DNA of 64,000 nucleotides from Anoxybacterium hadale (GTDB lineage Bacteria; Bacillota; Clostridia; Peptostreptococcales; Anaerovoracaceae): NCBI RefSeq assembly GCF_015243575.1, contig NZ_CP042469.1; one strand, 5' to 3'. Shown piece by piece: positions 61,741 to 64,000 of this stretch (position 1 is its first letter; each line of letters starts with the position of its first letter). The notes under the pieces were generated by a model. It saw only the letters and a program-made list of their open reading frames with translations, ran no database searches and was not told where the DNA came from. The position numbers and the translations under genes were made by a program.

Positions 61741-62580
61741 TCAGACTGCTTTTATAACACTCATATGCTCTGATACGATCAGTTTTTTTAGAAACTCTTT
61801 CATAATATCCGGCGAGCGAAACTTTGGCAAACTTCTGAAAATCAATGAAAGGTCGTCCATTTTTTCCATAGACTGCTTGATTCCAAAGGTTAAACTATAA
61901 TCCAGCTGTTTCAGCGCTGTATATTCAAGATGGTGGGGATCTAGCCGATGATTTTGAATCGCATATCCAACCCGTTTTCTGCAGCTGCATTTTCCCCCTT
62001 CACTCAGCCCGCAGTAAGTGTCAAGAAATCCTCCCATTTTTTTTCGTACACGAGACAATCTCTGACGATAAGCCTCCGGAGAAATTCCAAGAATCTCACC
62101 GCATACTTTACTGTCAGCTCGAAACATAACACCAAGCACGTAGATACATCTACTCTCAGGATCAAGACACTGGAGCATAACATTCGTGCAGGAAAGTTTT
62201 AATTCTTCGGTCAGCAAGTCTTCACTCACATCTTGCAGCAGTTCTTGTTTGTTTTCTATGAACCCGTTATCAATATCCATTCCATAAAATTCGAAGCTAA
62301 GGGGCCTCTGCGCAAACATAGATTTTTTGTAATTTATCAGATAGTTAACAGCAATTCGATAAACCCATGTGGAGAATGCGCTCTCTTTTCGAAATGTTGA
62401 CAGCTGGGTAATAATCCTGATAATGATTTCCTGCACTGCGTCCTCTGCATCCTGAGTTGTTCCAAGCATTCTCAGCGATAAATTGTAGATCATATCTTCA
62501 ACTCCCATGATCAAAGCTTCTAGCGCCTGCTTATCTCCGTCTACAGCCCGGTTTACAAAATCAAACTCTTCTTCTCTCAT
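61741..62580 (-). CDS. ECF-subfamily sigma-70 factor with about 110-aa C-terminal Cys/His-containing extension
   Basis: Region 2 (DAEDAVQEIIIRI...FSTWVYRIAVN) and region 4. The extension carries C-x8-C-S-C and HH. Confidence 0.75.
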   Translation of the reverse strand: MREEEFDFVNRAVDGDKQALEALIMGVEDMIYNLSLRMLGTTQDAEDAVQEIIIRIITQLSTFRKESAFSTWVYRIAVNYLINYKKSMFAQRPLSFEFYGMDIDNGFIENKQELLQDVSEDLLTEELKLSCTNVMLQCLDPESRCIYVLGVMFRADSKVCGEILGISPEAYRQRLSRVRKKMGGFLDTYCGLSEGGKCSCRKRVGYAIQNHRLDPHHLEYTALKQLDYSLTFGIKQSMEKMDDLSLIFRSLPKFRSPDIMKEFLKKLIVSEHMSVIKAV

Positions 62581-62701
62581 AATTTACCATTCCTTTCATT
62601 GATTTGATTATATAACAAATTAGACAATGAGAGAATATTAGCTGTGACAGAAAAGAATAAAAATATTTCTTTCTTAGTTTATTGATTTCCAAAAGTTTCT
62701 G

Positions 62702-62731
62702 TTGACATAATACTAAGGTCCCACTTATAAT
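62702..62731 (+). promoter_or_regulatory. SigA-type promoter (TTGACA-N17/18-TATAAT) driving the T-box leader
   Basis: TTGACA at 62702-62707 and TATAAT at 62726-62731. Confidence 0.5.
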
Positions 62732-62754
62732 GAAAAACAATAAGTTAAAATGCA

Positions 62755-63040
62755 AACGCTGTGACGAAGGAAAGTATGCGGCACTATCTTGCCAGGGAGG
62801 ATCTGTCATTGACTGGAAGCAGATCTGAAGTGAAACCCGTTGAAGTTCCCTTCTGAGCGTATCTGTTGAACACGCTGGTTTACAGCAGTAGACAGATACG
62901 GTTTCCACCGTTAAAAGGATAGGATATAGCTTCTGTATCCGAATATGAGTGCGCGTGTTTTATGATACGCGAATCAGGGTGGTAACACGGAGAGCAATCA
63001 TGCCCTTCGTCCCTATAATAGGGGCGAAGGGTTTTTTTTG
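62755..63040 (+). promoter_or_regulatory. T-box riboswitch leader (Stem I with GA/K-turn and AGUGA distal motif, T-box sequence, terminator/antiterminator)
   Basis: AATCAGGGTGGTAACACGG (62972-62990) matches my recollection of the T-box consensus AATTAGGGTGGTACCGCGG. Terminator CCCTTCGTCCC-tataata-GGGGCGAAGGG plus T8 at 63003-63039. Confidence 0.7.
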
Positions 63041-63098
63041 TGTTTTCGCAAACACATGGCGGGCAAGACGTCAAGTAATCTTGAAAAGGGAGGAAATT

Positions 63099-63230
63099 AT
63101 GTTAGGATTATCAGACCCATCCATTTTGCTAGCGTATCTATTATCCATTGGCGGAGCCATTTTATGTATCTCTTATGGTGTGATCAATTGGAACAAAGAC
63201 GGCAGTAGTAACGGGGGTGACAAGAAATGA
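63099..63230 (+). CDS. Symporter small accessory membrane protein (43 aa)
   Basis: MLGLSDPSILLAYLLSIGGAILCISYGVINWNKDGSSNGGDKK. AAGGGAGG RBS. ATGA overlap with the symporter gene. Confidence 0.65.
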   Translation: MLGLSDPSILLAYLLSIGGAILCISYGVINWNKDGSSNGGDKK

Positions 63231-64000
63231 TTTATGTGATCGTCAGCCTTATCATCTATGTACTTATTTTAGCGTTTCTGTCATATACCGCATTTAAGAG
63301 AACAAAAAGCACCAGTGATTATCTTTTAGCAGGAAAACAAATTCATCCGATCGTTATGGCCTTATCTTATGGAGCCACTTTCATCAGCACCTCCGCTATC
63401 GTTGGTTTTGGCGGTGCCGCTGGTCAGTTTGGACTAGGACTTTTATGGCTCACTGTTCTGAATATCTTTGTCGGTGTATTTATCGCGTTTGTCGTATTTG
63501 GGAAGCGCACCCGTGAAATCGGACATAGGCTTGGTACCAATACTATGCCTGAATTCTTTGCCCGCCGCTTTAACTGCAACTTCATTCAAGGATATGCAGG
63601 TATCCTTATTTTCTTATTTATGCCCATTTATGCCTCTGCAGTTCTCAAAGGAATTGTTGATTATGTGGCAAAATACACCGGGGCACCGTTTAATGCAGCA
63701 CTTATCATTATCGCAGTACTGGCTGCTATTTTTGTAATTATGGGCGGTCTCAAGGGCATTATGTATGCTGATGCGTTTCAGGGTACCCTCATGTTCGTCG
63801 GGATGGCATTTCTGATCTTCTATACCTACGGAATGCTGGGCGGTATCACCAATGCGCATATAGCACTATCCGAGCTTCCATCAATGCCCGGGGTTGCAGA
63901 GCAGGTAGCAGGTCTCACAAAAGGGGGCTTTGCTGGATGGACGTCCATGCCTGTTACAGGTACTCCCGTATGGTGGAATATTGTAACCTCTCTTGTAGCC
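63227..64000 (+). CDS. Sodium:solute symporter family transporter (PutP/PanF-like), 5' portion (continues beyond window end)
   Basis: MIYVIVSLIIYVLILAFLSYTAFKRTKSTSDYLLAGK, matching my recollection of the SSS N-terminus. Truncated by the window edge. Confidence 0.85.
   Translation, partial: MIYVIVSLIIYVLILAFLSYTAFKRTKSTSDYLLAGKQIHPIVMALSYGATFISTSAIVGFGGAAGQFGLGLLWLTVLNIFVGVFIAFVVFGKRTREIGHRLGTNTMPEFFARRFNCNFIQGYAGILIFLFMPIYASAVLKGIVDYVAKYTGAPFNAALIIIAVLAAIFVIMGGLKGIMYADAFQGTLMFVGMAFLIFYTYGMLGGITNAHIALSELPSMPGVAEQVAGLTKGGFAGWTSMPVTGTPVWWNIVTSLVA

Noticed and set aside
1..64000. Mobile elements, prophage, rRNA/tRNA
   Set aside because: I saw no transposase, integrase, recombinase or phage structural signatures in any frame, and no tRNA-like cloverleaf or rRNA-like sequence in the intergenic regions I inspected. 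The window is syntenic with the Bacillus/Clostridium core.

Overview
The window is a conserved core chromosomal segment from a sporulating Firmicute of the class Clostridia: it carries spoIIP, gpr, yqfC/yqfD, and Gram-positive gene order and RBSs. Genes are densely packed, mostly on the minus strand, and almost all are housekeeping. In window order they are: the N-terminal part of ppdK, glyQS, recO, era, cdd, ybeY, phoH, yqfD, yqfC, a GatB/YqeY protein, rpsU, a HIT protein, a CD1871A-like CXXC peptide with a NapH-like 4Fe-4S protein and a TlpA lipoprotein, mtaB, an aminotransferase, a LysM/amidohydrolase pair, an M23 peptidase-deacetylase fusion, rsmE, prmA, the heat-shock operon hrcA-grpE-dnaK-dnaJ with a perfect CIRCE, a ZIP transporter, glpK, the flotillin/NfeD pair, hemW, lepA, yqxA-like, spoIIP, gpr, rpsT, an M20 amidohydrolase, ldcA, an Rnk-like protein, an acyl-CoA ligase, deoD, a PAS histidine kinase with an HD-GYP response regulator, a PQQ sugar dehydrogenase, a MerR/ABC-2 module, an Ldh_2 oxidoreductase, a receiver-PPDK_N fusion protein, an ECF sigma module, and a T-box-controlled solute symporter. 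I saw no transposase, integrase, CRISPR, rRNA or tRNA. The most unusual signal is a roughly 105-bp structured element that starts with an extended -10 box. It sits in 2.6 near-identical tandem copies directly upstream of the Ldh_2 oxidoreductase gene and in a diverged 1.4-copy form in the lepA leader, and its hairpin stems show compensatory base changes between the two loci. Other points of interest are a single-chain MerR with two HTH domains that shares dyad operators with an adjacent ABC-2 exporter, a homopolymer frameshift that splits a probable LysM-amidohydrolase, an inverted-repeat operator inside the hrcA promoter, an ECF sigma/peptidase operon, and a GC-rich hairpin cluster where dgkA normally lies.
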